Below, piece by piece: positions 47,231 through 60,962 of a DNA stretch of 64,000 nt. Both the position numbers and the translations under genes were made by a program. Positions within the stretch are counted from its first letter, which is position 1, and every line of letters starts with the position of its first letter. Location: NCBI GenBank assembly GCA_965285935.1, contig OZ260661.1, positions 14,012,001 to 14,076,000 of the forward strand, read 5' to 3'. The DNA comes from Ophelia neglecta. Lineage: Eukaryota. The notes beneath the pieces are model-generated. The model saw nothing but the letters and a program-made list of their open reading frames with translations, ran no database searches and had not been told where the DNA came from.

Positions 47231-47731
47231 TAATAAGAAATGAAAACAATTCATGATACTACTTGCAATGAGACGTACTACTTGCAATGAGACGTACTAT
47301 TGCAATGAGACATATTCAACAGTTTACCAAGAAACGAATTACAACACAAAGCAGAAGAGACAGCAAAGACGTTTCTGCTTAGCTTTAACCGTGTCTAATC
47401 AATTTGATTTCCGAGCGTAGGAAGACCTATTGCGCATCTAAACAAAGTTCTGACCACTTCCCTTGCACATATATAATTACTTTGTGGTTTTAGTCATCTA
47501 GACATTGAATTGGCCGTAGGGATTCCCAGATATTTGATAAAAAGTGCTCTTTCAGGAAAGACATATGTAAGTAAATTCCAAGCACGAGAATGTTACATTG
47601 TAATCATTTATCAGTCTGAAGTTGGTGAATTTTAACGCCGTGGACTCTTTTTAATAGTTTGAAGACAACATTGGACTTTTTTTTTAAATCACCCTTGCCA
47701 AGCAAGGAAATTAAATGGAAATTTTACTTAC

Positions 47732-50700
47732 CTCCGTCTTTTATCCTCAGCAGTTCCATGTCACGGTCTTCAGAACAGCCCCCTTGAAAAATCGACATAG
47801 TCAATATGTGTTATGCAGGATCACACTTAGTTGTGATGTATAAGTTTATTATTTCCGCGATAAGTTTTTAAGCAAGAAGAAACACAATAAGCCAAACCTT
47901 CCTATTTCTGGTCTTTGTGTAAGACCATTCTTGAATTATCCGTGGCTTGTTCTTACAAATCAATTTCTAATATTAAAGACAAGTGAAGCTGCATACTTAA
48001 ATCTGAATCTTAAGTTTTTTTGTAAATCACGAGTTTCATAAATAAACCCCATACAACACTCCTTATATTTGTTCAAATCCTCCACTACCCCCCCCCCCCC
48101 CCACCAGGTTCCACATTAATTACAAGTAAAAATGGTGGGTAATATTTTATTCATTCACTGACCTTTTCTGCGACGTAGATTTACAATGGCAATGGCTACC
48201 GCTATAAGTAGTACTATCAGAAGTACAAACGAGATTGGCACCAGAATAACCATGATCAGGAATTCTGTAGATGCAGTGTCGATGCCGATGTAGGTGTCAC
48301 CACTGGTGGTACTGGCATTGCTCAGGCTGTTATTACTTTCCTCTGAACCTACGTAGATGGATCCAGAGATAAAAGCTACACACGTAAAATCACACAATAG
48401 TTAGGTATCCAAAAAACACCAAGATGACAATATTAATGATCTGTAGTGTATGATAATGAAATGGGGCGGATAAAACGAACTGTGATATTCTTTTTCCCAA
48501 AAAAATAGAGGTTCGTTTTACAGGCTGTGAGAAAAACAATAGCTTATATTTTTATTACTTGCTATTCACATAAAAAACCAATAGAATCATATAAATCAGT
48601 TTTTGATTTATTGTTATTAGTTATCTACATTCCGGATCCAGGGTTTACATGTCAGAACAGGACAGGTGGTGTCAGGGCAAGTCGGTTCAGGTCAGTCAAG
48701 TTATGTAAGAGTAAGGGAGGGATCTCGGTCGGAAGTAGTACGTTATTACAAACCTCATTTACATAGGAGTGCAGGGATAAGTCATGCTTCATACTGAGAA
48801 ATGTGGAGGGGATTGATGCTGCGTGTTATTGACTAAGCTGCAATGGAATCTGCTGGTAAAGATGGAAATATGTAGAACTGTTGACTACTCGCGGAGGAGT
48901 ACAACATGAAGGGTACAGAAAGGAAATATTATGATTAGAGCACATGTCATAATTTAAAGTTTTCGACCAATTTAATAGGGCCTCCCTCGACCGTGGATGG
49001 TTCCACGGGTCCCTGCTAGTATGTAATAATAATAAATAATAATATTGGCATTTATAGAGCGATCGTTCATGATCTCATGGGCACCCTACAACATAAAGGG
49101 AAAAGTGCTCTACATAAACCTCAATTGATATAAAATGCAAGGAACATAACAATAATTTAAAGGCAGAAATAAAAAAAGAATAGTTGCTGACATTAATATC
49201 CAGCCAATCAGCAATTTATTGGGAGCTCGAAAAAATAAGTTTTACTTAAAAGGTTTAGCGTCCTACCCCACTAAATTATATAGAATGTATAGTGAGCCCT
49301 ATTGAAACTCATGGTTAATGGTTTTGCCTTGTTTTTCGGGTATTCACCCATCTTTCTTAGCCTCCTTAGTTACAGTGCAATTTGTTACAGCAATATGGTA
49401 TTGTTGGATGCACTGTGTAAACAGTGTAAACATTCAAATAAACACAAAGATGGAAGATACTATATACCTGAAAATCTGCCACTTTCATTATATACGGGTT
49501 CGAACCAGTCACTTTTTTCCGACAATAAATTGGATCTTTGTTCGGAGCCCGAGCAGCTATAGCTTTGTTTCCTCTGGTTTTTGGTCAGAGTCAGGGTGGG
49601 GAGCCGTGAGCGTATTGGAGTCCCAGTTGTAAACCAATTGTACCTCACAGGGGTTCTGTAATCTGAAGGTTGAGAAGTCGAGTTGACTTCACAATGGAGT
49701 TGGTCTCCCTTCTGTGTCACTTCGGCTTTCTCAGGTCGACCTGAGTAAGTGAAAAAAATATGAAATGTACGTAAGACCTAATTAGGCAGGGTGGAATTTA
49801 AATTCTTGGCATTGGGTTCTTTGTTCTAAATCGTCGATTGAATTAACAAATGTAAAAGTGTGTAGACACATTATTTACCAATAAATCTATGTAGTAACAA
49901 CAATTCTTCTTTAAACAGAGACCACTAGATTAGCATATTTTGACAATTACAGATATGTTTAAACCAATTCGTTTATATCACATTTGACATACACTAAAGC
50001 CGAATCCTGAACTATATTTTAGCGTGTGGAATGAAACCGGCCGATAAACGCAGATTTGACTTAATGAATATGTAAATTATGTAAAGAGTCGGGTTTAGTG
50101 TCATTGAAAATAATTTATGTATGAAAAAATGCAAAATTTAGTTCACTCTTTAGCAGTTTTTTTTTACGAAATTATTGGTACAATGTTCTTCGTGTAAAAT
50201 CACATGTCTGTGAAAACATAAGTTTATTTTCATCCTGCAGACAAACGTTCTTTATGTTTTAAACTTAGGAATGATATATGTAAGGGCCTCAAATATTAGC
50301 CATAAATCGCTCTAATAACAGAAACATAAACGTGTTAGTGTTTTCTTTGATGATCATTCTCTCTAATCTAATTTAACAACTAATTAACTTTGTTCTCACC
50401 CCAAATAAATAATATCATTTTCCCACAGGAAGCTCCATCGTAACGACAACGGTACATCCCGGCGTCGGTCAGGCTGACACTGGGGAAGCAGAATCCGAAC
50501 GAGTTCATTCCATTACCGGCCGGTTGGACGCGCTGACCCCTACTGGAACCGCGTCCAAATAAGAAGGTCAATAAAACCTTGTCATTTGAGTCCTGTATAT
50601 ATAATTGCGTTCCGTGCGTTACGTTTGACACAGACCACACAAAGGTGGCGTTTTCCTTCTCATGAACTCGGATGAGTTGATTGCTCGCAACTAAAATGCA

Positions 50701-51894
50701 AATTGAATAGGAATAATCATTGTGTATATCAAACATCTATTTGTACAAAGACCTTTTATATTCTACAATGGGCAAAGTTTGAATATAAATACTTCCATCT
50801 TTAAACGAACTCTTAATGGGAAATTATACGAAGAAAAAGACAAAGTTTGAATGCTATTTTGAGAAATAGAAATTATGTTCGTCAAATTGTATTCAGTATA
50901 ATTAATTTTATTTCAATCGTAATATTTCAATTCTGGAGTGTTTGTGAGCCAGTGTCCGGTAGTTCCTGATGTGTTTCGACCCAGTCAATAGATTATTCAT
51001 GATTAACTCATTCGCTGCTGACTTATTTGATAGGCTCAGGGGCCTTCAGTGCTGAATTAATTTGAATCATTTTCAACAGAAATGTATGATTACAGATTGT
51101 GGGCAATGCACAAGTTACCTTTGACAAACATATGGAAAGCTATATATCAATAAAAAGCCAAGACATACAGCTACACTCTGTAGTAGGTAACAGATGGAGA
51201 AACCCATGTTTTCATGCTAACGAGCCACACTAAACACAGATTTAGCAATTGTTTTTACATTTTTCAAAGAAATTTGGACTACTGCCCCAAATTAATGAAG
51301 TCAAATGAAGAAAAAAAAACTTTCAAAACCAAACCCGGTGCAAGATAAATGTAAAACCTGGTCAAAATTTGCTACTGGGAGGTGTTTTTCAGGGAAAGTA
51401 AGGGTGGGAAAACCTTGATTAGATTAATGCTCAGGTAAGGAATGTGGTTCTTACAGTACACACATTGCACTTTATTAAGGTAATACATAAGTTGTGTTTC
51501 AGTTGTAAACAGAGCCTGGAGGTAAAATAAATATGTTATTATGGCACATTCATATTCAGCATACTTAACTTACTTCAGAGAGAAAATAAAAATAAAACTT
51601 TTTATCTAAGGCCTAAGTTATGTTATAGCATCACTATTCACCAGTTAAATCTATATATGATCATCAAGTAGTATATAATTCAGTAATAGTACAGATTTAT
51701 GGTATAGATTATACAATGGTCAATGCCCTCAGAAATTAACATTAAAGAAAAAACGGAATGCCCGTTATCATGAGTTCTTTTGGCTTTTTATTAAGTAAGT
51801 GAACATACGTACCGTGGTCCCCAAATACCGGTTGATACGAGCAAAGCATAAAACCCATAATCAACCCAGCTTCATACATCTTGTTTCCACACAT
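47732..51894 (-). CDS. Host Ig-superfamily type-I membrane receptor, paralog B (spliced; 3' end uncertain)
   Basis: Phase-1 exons: signal 51894-51813, V-like Ig 50690-50400 (DAGMYRC..GASCGKMILFIW), C2-like Ig 49740-49468, stalk plus TM 48348-48163, 51-nt exon 47782-47732; exon-by-exon similarity to paralog A. Confidence 0.78.
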
Positions 51895-54800
51895 CCTGAA
51901 ACCACATAAAATATGTAGTTCATGATATATACTACGCCATGTTACATCAGGTAGAGGAGAGTGTTGGTTCGGAGGAGTGGTCGAGGAGGGTAACTTGCAT
52001 CTATGGTGTCCATTTTCGTCTAGGGACGAGCATTTTCTGAGTCGGCTCTATCTTGCTAGCCATGTTTCAGTTCTCGTTATTAGGCCCCGGGATTGTGGGG
52101 GGGGGGATTAAAAATAGAAAGCATGTCAAACAGATGGGGCTGCGTATCAACAAGCATGTCCGGGGTAGGGGGAGCAATCCAGACTCAAATCAAGGGAGAT
52201 CGGTGAGTGGGGCTTCATTCATGTTCAAGTGAAGGTGAAGTGAGGTGACCGAGAGGCGGACTTCCCGTTAAAAACTGCGCCTTGTACTCATACTGTCATT
52301 GAGAATACCGCTAACTGTATCTCTAGTTAGATGAGGAGAATATATGGCTCTACTCATACCGGAAACAAACGCACCCGGCCACAGCCTAAGTGGCCCCTAC
52401 CAAAGCGGCAATAGGCAACCGTAGCAGCGCAGCATAGTCAAACTTGCAAAATTGAATTTAGGTCCGATTTGACAGTACCTAATAAAGGTATATATAACTG
52501 ATATATGACTCTACAAAGGAGTAGATACGTGTTTGTGTGGACTGATTGTGTGAGGATAAGTGTCTGTATATGTATGTATATATGTATGTGTGTGTGCGTG
52601 TAGAGGAATATGAGTATGTATGGGCTTATGTACATTTACGTATATGTATATATGATTCTATTTTTTATTTTGTTCTAAATTTGTGAATTTGTCCTGTATA
52701 TTTTTATACTTTTCTGTAAAGGAGGCATTCTAATAAATAAATATATAAAGGCTCGACCGGTCGGGCTTTGGCTGGGTACGTTTATTAAAGGTAGCGGCCG
52801 GTTTCATCTGATCACATAGTGAAAACGAGATTGAGATGATTCTCCCTGCCATGTTAACTAGGTGGATCCCAATGAGAAATGTCATCGTATTTACACAGTT
52901 TCATAGGATATGTATGTCCATTCTTTTGACATTGTCCAGGTGGACCGGGCACTTTTGATGAAAGTGGTGTCCGGCTCTATGAACAAAGCTTGTACGGGAG
53001 GTGGGGGTTTCACAAGAAATGGTATCCTGGTGTGGTGGTTCTTTGGAAAAGGTTTGTCCTGAAGAGAGAGGATCTTAAAATAATTGCCTCCCTCTCCCTA
53101 GAGGAAAATTTCTGGAACAGCCATGTATCGTAGTTTTATTGTCACCCCTTCATCCAAGAATTGATGGAGGGAGCGGGGGGGGGGGGGGGGTATTGTGTAA
53201 TGTTATGTGGCATTATTTGTTTTATACAAGTATAATATGGATTGTTTACTGGTGAAATCCAATATTCCTCTTTAGCACTTCAAAGGCACATATTTTATGA
53301 AAATATTATACTGGTATATAGGGATTTCTTTAGGGAAGATATGATTTGGAAAAATCATCAAAATACTCGTTATATACTAAAAACAATTTTGATTCAAACA
53401 ATTAAAATATTGTCCGGTACAATTAGTATGGAATATATCCTATTTGAACTCAGTATTTATTTTATGCTTAGATAAAGTATAGACTGGATATACAGCATAT
53501 TGTTATACACATTTCTAAACAACGATTACATTAAGACTTTGAGAATAAAATATTTAACATTTCGATGTATCTCTCCGATTTGAAATAGATGAGCATGATT
53601 TCACATATCAATAACTAACCTTTAAAATTATCGGACCTTACGTAAAATTGGTCTTAGTAATATCGGACACAATGCTACTCTCTCAAACTATTTCTCCCGG
53701 TTTCATCTAACACCTCCTGCCTTCCTGACCCCTTCACACGCCCATTCTTTCTCGCATCTATATCATATCACTCTCATTGTCCAGGGGTGCCCGCCGGTCT
53801 CGATAGGACATCCCCCTCCATACACTCACAAACACGCCCTCTCTCCAACGCATAACAGGACCTATCAATTTCCTATAACACGTGGCATATTGATTGTATC
53901 GAACCGTCATGTAGGTTACACTTGAATGCAGTAATATGATGCCTACACGTGAACTCGTGAGTTCACATTGGCGGATTTAGAAGGGGGCGTTGGTAAGCAC
54001 CCCCGCAAGGTGTGAACCACGAGCATATGGTTTAGTGTAGCAGGCCATATTGTGCCATATGACAAGAGTTAACCTTACGACCCAGAAACATCTGCTTATA
54101 AGAGGGGGCGCTGGTTGGGCATCCTGGCCAGTTATGAACCTCGAGCACGGTTTTGCTGAAGGCGGGAAGTGGGGTGGGGTGGGGGTGGGGGTGGGGGTGG
54201 GGTGGGGGGGGGTGGGGGGTAGAGAGGTGTAGGTGGTAGCAGGCGAAATTCCCATATAACGAAAATTCAATTAACGACCTAAAAAAACATCGTCTTAGCC
54301 ATGTCGTGAGCGTAATAAATAGATTGTCTTGAATGTGTTTGTATTGTTGTAACCACCAACGCCGACGTAACAAATACCCTATACAGGCAATGAAATGGCA
54401 CAGACGCGTCCATACCTAGCCTGTTTTGGTTAGAGCCAATTATAAGATATACTCTTATCATTTTGTTTGTATTTAATCCTGCCCTGTTAATGAATATGGG
54501 TACGTATTTAAACCTTACCTGTTTAACGGGTGGGATATATCTCCGGTACGGGTTTCAGGTCGAACTGTAAATTATCCTAATGCGAGTGGATGAATATAGC
54601 AACATACAACATCGGTGATGTGGCTGCAAACTTCAGTTAACCAAGCAGGTACCAACTAGGACACTGAAGTAAGCCCGTCGCTCTAGGTCAGAGTGTCGCA
54701 GATCCCGGATCCGAGAACTGTACCTCTGCTATTGATAAAGGGGATATGTGCACAAAAGCCACAGGATACACACATTAAGGCGGGGGGGGGGGGGGGGGGT

Positions 54801-55929
54801 GATGAAGACCAAAGGTGGACCTTGAAATTAGGGCCAACTATTAGTTTTGTATAGCCAAAATTCCATATTTTTTATATACAATTAATATCTCCCCTAGCTC
54901 TGCTGACGGTATTGAGGTTTACGGACTTATATATGTCAATAATCGCCTCATAGTCTCCACACTTCATCCCCTCCGTCTTATTATAGTCCTCTGTAAAAGG
55001 CTGAGCTATGGCCACTCGGAGTTTTTCGAAGAGTATAGTTAAGTACAGGGATATACTGCTCAATTTCTACACTAGTAGATATACCTGCGATACAAATGCA
55101 TTTGGCTTCTAATTTTCAAATATTCAGTTCAAAGTAACAGGTAATGGCACGAAATGAAATTAAGGATGGTTGTCACAGCACATAATTGTGATATGAGGAG
55201 AAGACGTTAAAGACAGATGAGAAAGGATTAATTTGTGTTGGCTTATGGCGGGATAGGGCTGAGACTGTTTCAACCACCTGAATGTTATTAGTCCATAACC
55301 CTACCGTAAACCATAAATGTTTTAAATAACAGTCCGAAGCACAATTATTAGATATATTTAAGCATTCGGATACGATATTCCGACCAGGCAATATTCTTGA
55401 CCCTCTTAAAGCTTAGCTATTTATATATAAAGTGACTGGGAAACAAGTCCTGAAACTCAGTGTACCTAGAAGTACTTCAATCAGCAGACCATCACAGACC
55501 ACATTAGCCGATACATTCCTCGCAACAGTTTGTCTTTATATATCTGTGCTGCCAGACATATGTTGCTACGTGTAGCCCAATTACTCAGGGGTACTAGTCT
55601 ATGGTGGTTCTACTTGTCAGCATATGGTAAAACTTACTCTTCATTCCACCTCGTTTGCAAGGACAAAATGATTCAGTAGAATTTGCCGGACAAGTGTACA
55701 ATACTTTTTTAAATGAATACTTCAACTATAACAAGCATAGAGATTTGTTTACTGAATATGTGTATGTATATGTACCTACTTTACAAAACGTTAACATAGT
55801 CATGTTGGTTTTTTTTATTGATGCGAACTTTTTTGCTAGTTGCCCTTGAGTTCTGTGCAATGATCGTGTATTTTAAACTTAATGGTCTGACCAAAAACAT
55901 TGTATTTTTTGCTATATACATCCATTAGT

Positions 55930-56258
55930 GATTGGTAAGATTGATTTTCTGAATACAGAGATTACACTTGCATGGTTCCTCTAGTGAGAATATGTTTGCA
56001 TGTAAATTCCTTAACACAGACAGTACGCTAGTATGGTTTCTCTCTTTGGTTTATGTTGGTGGGAAAAGGGATAGTTTTGATGGGCACACTCGTTACCACT
56101 AACATTAAACTTGTGTAATTTTTCTCCTCTGTTACTACAACGGTGATCAGTGAGATGGTGTATTCTAGTAACTCCTTACCACAGACAGTCGACTTGTATG
56201 GTTTCTCGCCTGTATGGGTACTGTGGTGGCGGCGGGGATCGTTTCGATTAACTAACAC
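55930..56258 (-). pseudogene. Degenerate C2H2 zinc-finger array fragment
   Basis: HTGEKPYKSTVCGKE and REKPY* linkers with lost ligands, frameshifts and a stop; resembles the gene at 60963. Confidence 0.6.
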
Positions 56259-57259
56259 TTAAGGATCATATATAGCCTCGCACTCCAACAGCCGGAGAGT
56301 GGCATGCTATGCTCCACTCGTAAACTGTAAACCGTATACTTGGGCATACAAACACAAGCAGCAATAACTTGTTATTAGAGGTACAGTACAATCCCGATTA
56401 TTTGAATGTCTCGGGTGACAGTAAATGTGTTTGCGAAATCCGATTTTCGTGTTCGGATGTTCGGGCGTCTGGATTGTACAAGCCTTAAATAAATAAATAA
56501 ATTAATAATCAGACAATCCAGATACTCGGAATCTGGATAATCTGTACAGTTTACCTAGTAACAAACTTTTCAGGTACCACATTAGTCTGGGCAAGAAAAT
56601 ACTTGGGGGCAAGAAACTACACGAGTTGTTTTATGCATAATTAGAAGTCATTTCAATGACTCTAAGCACGAAAAAAGATACCACCCGAGAGTGCAGACAT
56701 TTACAGACAATAATATTTTTCCGAGATGGCATTGTTTCAAGGCTTTAGTATATTTTATTTGATACAGATGTTGTTATTACCCCTCCCAATAATTTAATAA
56801 AAATGATATATTACAGTTTTTCCGAATATCCATCTATTACCGGCTTTTCCAACATTTTCTATACATATATCGCACCAGCTACGAGCGCCATGTGGGATGG
56901 TGGTCGAGTGACCTGCCAAATACTCACAACTATGAATACAGAAAGCATTCAAACACATGATTAACTAAAGGGCACAGTACTGGACAACAAACTATAATGG
57001 TTACTTACCAAGAAAAAAAGGCTAAACATGTTAATACGGGACGTAATTACTTTCTATCAGATACACATGGCTAAAATGGTGTTGTGTTCTGGGCATTCGA
57101 ATGAGAACCTCCCTAATACCAGTTCAGTACACGCCCATAACCACTCCTAACTTAAAATACCCAGTCCATATCATGATCCAGAATTTATTTTTTGCCATTT
57201 GTTTCTATCAAATAAAGTATTTTTATGTCGTTGGAACTCTCTCGTTAGAACTGTCTAAT

Positions 57260-57640
57260 AAAGGGTAAAATTGAACTTGTCAACCCTATAAATATTGGTA
57301 GGTGTTGTTGTTGATTCTAATCTCTCCTGGAAAGATCATAACCTTTTATATGAGGCATGATCTCTAGAGGATTGGGGAAGTGCTTGCAAATCCTATATGG
57401 ATCTTCTTCCAAAAATCAAAAAACGTGGTATTCGTATAATCAGTGGTCTGTCACTATTTCTAATCGTCTTATTTCTCGTTCGGTTTTACAAATATTTTGC
57501 TATTAATAACATTCTCAAGCCCATGGTTCATTTCTTAATGCATAAATATATCAATGATGTCCTTCCATTGGCTATCTCTTCTTTATTTGTATCTAATAAG
57601 AATGTTTACGACCATGACACTCGACAGTCTTATCCACTGC
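57260..57640 (+). mobile_element. Highly decayed non-LTR retrotransposon (CR1/L2 group) RT C-terminal fragment
   Basis: GVVVDSNLSWKDH and KRGIRIISG...MHKYINDVLP..ISSLF..NKNVYDHDTRQS. Confidence 0.55.
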
Positions 57641-58359
57641 TAAAATCTCTTGGAACTGCTCCTGCTTTGATCTCATTAGCTGTTCTCCTCACTAATAACG
57701 TGCAACTCTAACCTGACTAATAATTACTACATTGAAAAGGCACCAGTATAGTACACATAAAGTTGTTTTGTAGTTTGTAAGTCGTCTACTGGTTGCCGTT
57801 ATCTCCATTGTTCCGGATATAATTTAAGCTGATCAACTCTGCCTGTCCCAGGCCATCATCAGTCTACCTAATTATAATACGCTGGATGATAAGCACTGCC
57901 TCGTCGGCCCTGATTGGATGACCGGTAACATGTGACCATCTTGAGATGTTGTGACCATAATCTTATGATAGAAGAAGGGAGATATCAGGTGTTTGAATGG
58001 ACTCTACAATGTTGTTGTTGTTTTTTGGCGTTTTACGTGGCTTTCAACACTTATATGGTCATATCGGACATCAGAGATTAAATTATTAGAGGTACAGGCA
58101 TCACAAAGCTGATGATTTAAACTTTTTTGTATTGGACTGGGAATCTCGGATAACACAAATGTGATATATGATTTGGCAATTGTTGTGTACAGAGCAATTA
58201 ACCTGTACTGTAAAGAATTGCTAAATTTCTAGATTCTAATCTGCTAATTCAAAATATTAGTCATTAGAGCCTACTGACTACAGCTGCACCTGTGGTCGTA
58301 GATTGACCAGAAGGCACATGCAATGTGAACAGATCAACGTTAAAGATAATAAAGCTGCT

Positions 58360-59555
58360 TTTTATGGTATGGTTCCTGACAGCTTCAAAAGTGCAAGACT
58401 TCGACCACTGCTTAAAAAGTCCAACCTCAGTAAAGAACAGCTCAAGAATTTCAGACCTGTTTCTAACCTTTCTTTTTTATCTAAGGTCACTGAAAGGGTT
58501 GTGGCTGCTAGACTCATGGCTTATATTAATGACAACGGTATGGGTGAAATATTCCAGTCGGCCTATAAGCCAATGCATAGTGTTGAAACGGCACTGCTCA
58601 AAGTGCAAGACGATATACTCAAGGCCCTTGATGAAAAGAAGGGCACATTACTGGTCTTATTGGATCTCTCAGCGGCTTTTGATACTGTGAGACTTCTATA
58701 GAGGCTTCCCCTTCCGCTAGAAATATTGGGGTTGTCTTTGAGTCAAATGGGTCATTAGATAAGCATATCAGTTTGGTCTGTAGATCTGCATTTAAGGAAC
58801 ATTCACCCTATCAAGAAATATTTGTCACAAGAAGCCCTTATCACAATTGTACATGCCTTTGTCACTTCTAAGATTGACGGCATGAACTCTCTGTATGCAG
58901 GTTTACCTGGCAATGCTACTCACAGACTGCAGCGGGTGTTGAATGCTGCTGCAAGGATGATCACAGGTACTCACTATCGAGCTCATATAACTCCAGTGCT
59001 TAGACAGCTTCATTGGTTGCCTGTAGTTTACAGAATCCATTTCGAAATCTGCCTACTAACCTATTAGGCGATGAATGGTTTAGCACCAGCCTATTTGCCG
59101 GAACTGTTAACCCCTTATCGATCAGTGAGGTGTTTTCGCTCGAAAAATAAAAACTTGTTGGTTGTACCAAAGGTGCGTGCATGCTTATATGGTGAGAGAC
59201 GGTTCTCACATGTCGCACCGGTTCTGTGGAATGCCCTTCCAGAGGAAACAAAAGCTACTTCCACAGTAAACTCTTTTAAAATCAAACTTAAAACCCATTA
59301 TTTTAGATTAGCTTTTGATTGATTTTTTTTTCTTTTAATTTTTTATCAAAGTCTTAATATATTGGGAACTTAGATTTAAATGGTGTATTAAATACTTAAA
59401 AAATTACCTTATTGTACCAATTGATCTTTGCATTGTGATAAATGTACACCTGAACTTATTGTGCCATTTCTTTATATTGTACAGCGCCTTGAGCAGTTGT
59501 TTTTACTGGATATGTGCGCTTTATAAGAAATAAAATTATTATTATTATTATTAAT
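58360..59555 (+). mobile_element. L2-clade LINE, 5'-truncated, internally deleted, with stops; (ATT)n tail
   Basis: FKSA.LRPLLKK..L....LKNFRPVSNLSFLSKV.E, FQSAY..HS.ETALL, LLDLSAAFDTV, then LQRVLNAAAR, HITPVL.QLHWLPV; 3' AATAAA followed by (ATT)n. Confidence 0.9.
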
Positions 59556-60962
59556 CATTATTAAATGATAATAGAGAGCATCAATTAGAACTATCTGGAG
59601 AATTTTGGATATCGTGCCAAAAACAGATATCTTGTCCCAAAAACTCAACAAAATTTTTTTTTGGCTCAAAACTCTTAAAATTATCTGTAATGGCGAGAAA
59701 TACAAAAATTTAGTTTGACATATTCTTGCCGATCACAGTTTAATTTGCGTTGCTATGACAACTAACTATATTTGTCTACCTAAAGTTAATCAGTTCATGT
59801 TAGGCCTAAAACGCTTCCTCCCTGTCAATTTCAGCCCTGTAGCTTCAATATTTTATGTGCGATCTTACTTACGAGCTTTTGTCAACATATTGCTAAATAG
59901 CAAGTAGTATAGACACTAGGGTAGCACCACCTATCTCAAACAAATTTCTAAAGCCTACAAACTATACCTGTGGAATAGAGTTACTGTGGGCCTAATGCTT
60001 CCCAAGCTATTCCGGCGGTGGGGGACGAAATGGCACAATACAAACACTTTTTTTCAAAAAAGGGTGCAATAACATAAAACCAATTGACTTTTCCTATTGT
60101 TGAATTGGACACATGGCATATCAAAACTCTCCGGTGGCACCAATATCCTCGCCTCTCTGACTGACAGTAACAGATTATCATTATGCAATGGCCACATTAT
60201 TAAACCACCCTTTTTTATAGCTGATTTGCTGGAAACAAATCTGGGTTACTTTTATTACCTTCCATTAATTTCAACTGAGTTTTAATTGAACTTTTTTCCT
60301 TTTATATTGTAAATTACTTGAGCTGATTTATGAGAAAAGAGAGCTCTATAAATGCTAACAATTTTTATTTATTCAGACAACAGACTATATAAATAACATT
60401 AAAAGTAATTGTAATTAAAATGAAATGGCAGATAAAGGTACGACGAGTATGTGTTTTTTAAGGGTGGCTAAGGCAAAATTATTAACATTTCACCTATTAA
60501 ATGTGATTGAGTTTATTTTGGCAGTATCAAGCATCTGTACGAAATTCAACTTAAATGGATGAGCTTATGCTTGATACAACCAGAGAAACAAATTTACATT
60601 CTAGTCTGATCCTTTTAACAGCGACATATTGTGTGCCATGCTATGCAGCTGGGCATTTTCTTCCAAAACAATTTTACCTGAACAAGATTATTAAGATTTG
60701 TGATCAGAATGGTTGTCACATCCCAGGTTCTCCCATATTTAGTGGTTATTTTACAAAAAAAGACACAGATACAAAAGAATACGGATGTGGGTAATAATGT
60801 ATGACTGCAGGAGATTAAGCTGAAATATATCAATGTGCAATGCAGTCTCAGTCTCTGGTGGCGTTCACATTAACAATTACTTGTGTATATCTCCTATTTG
60901 TTACTAGCCCTTGTATCCTGATCACTAATTAATTTATTGCTTTAAGGCAAGACAGTATAATG

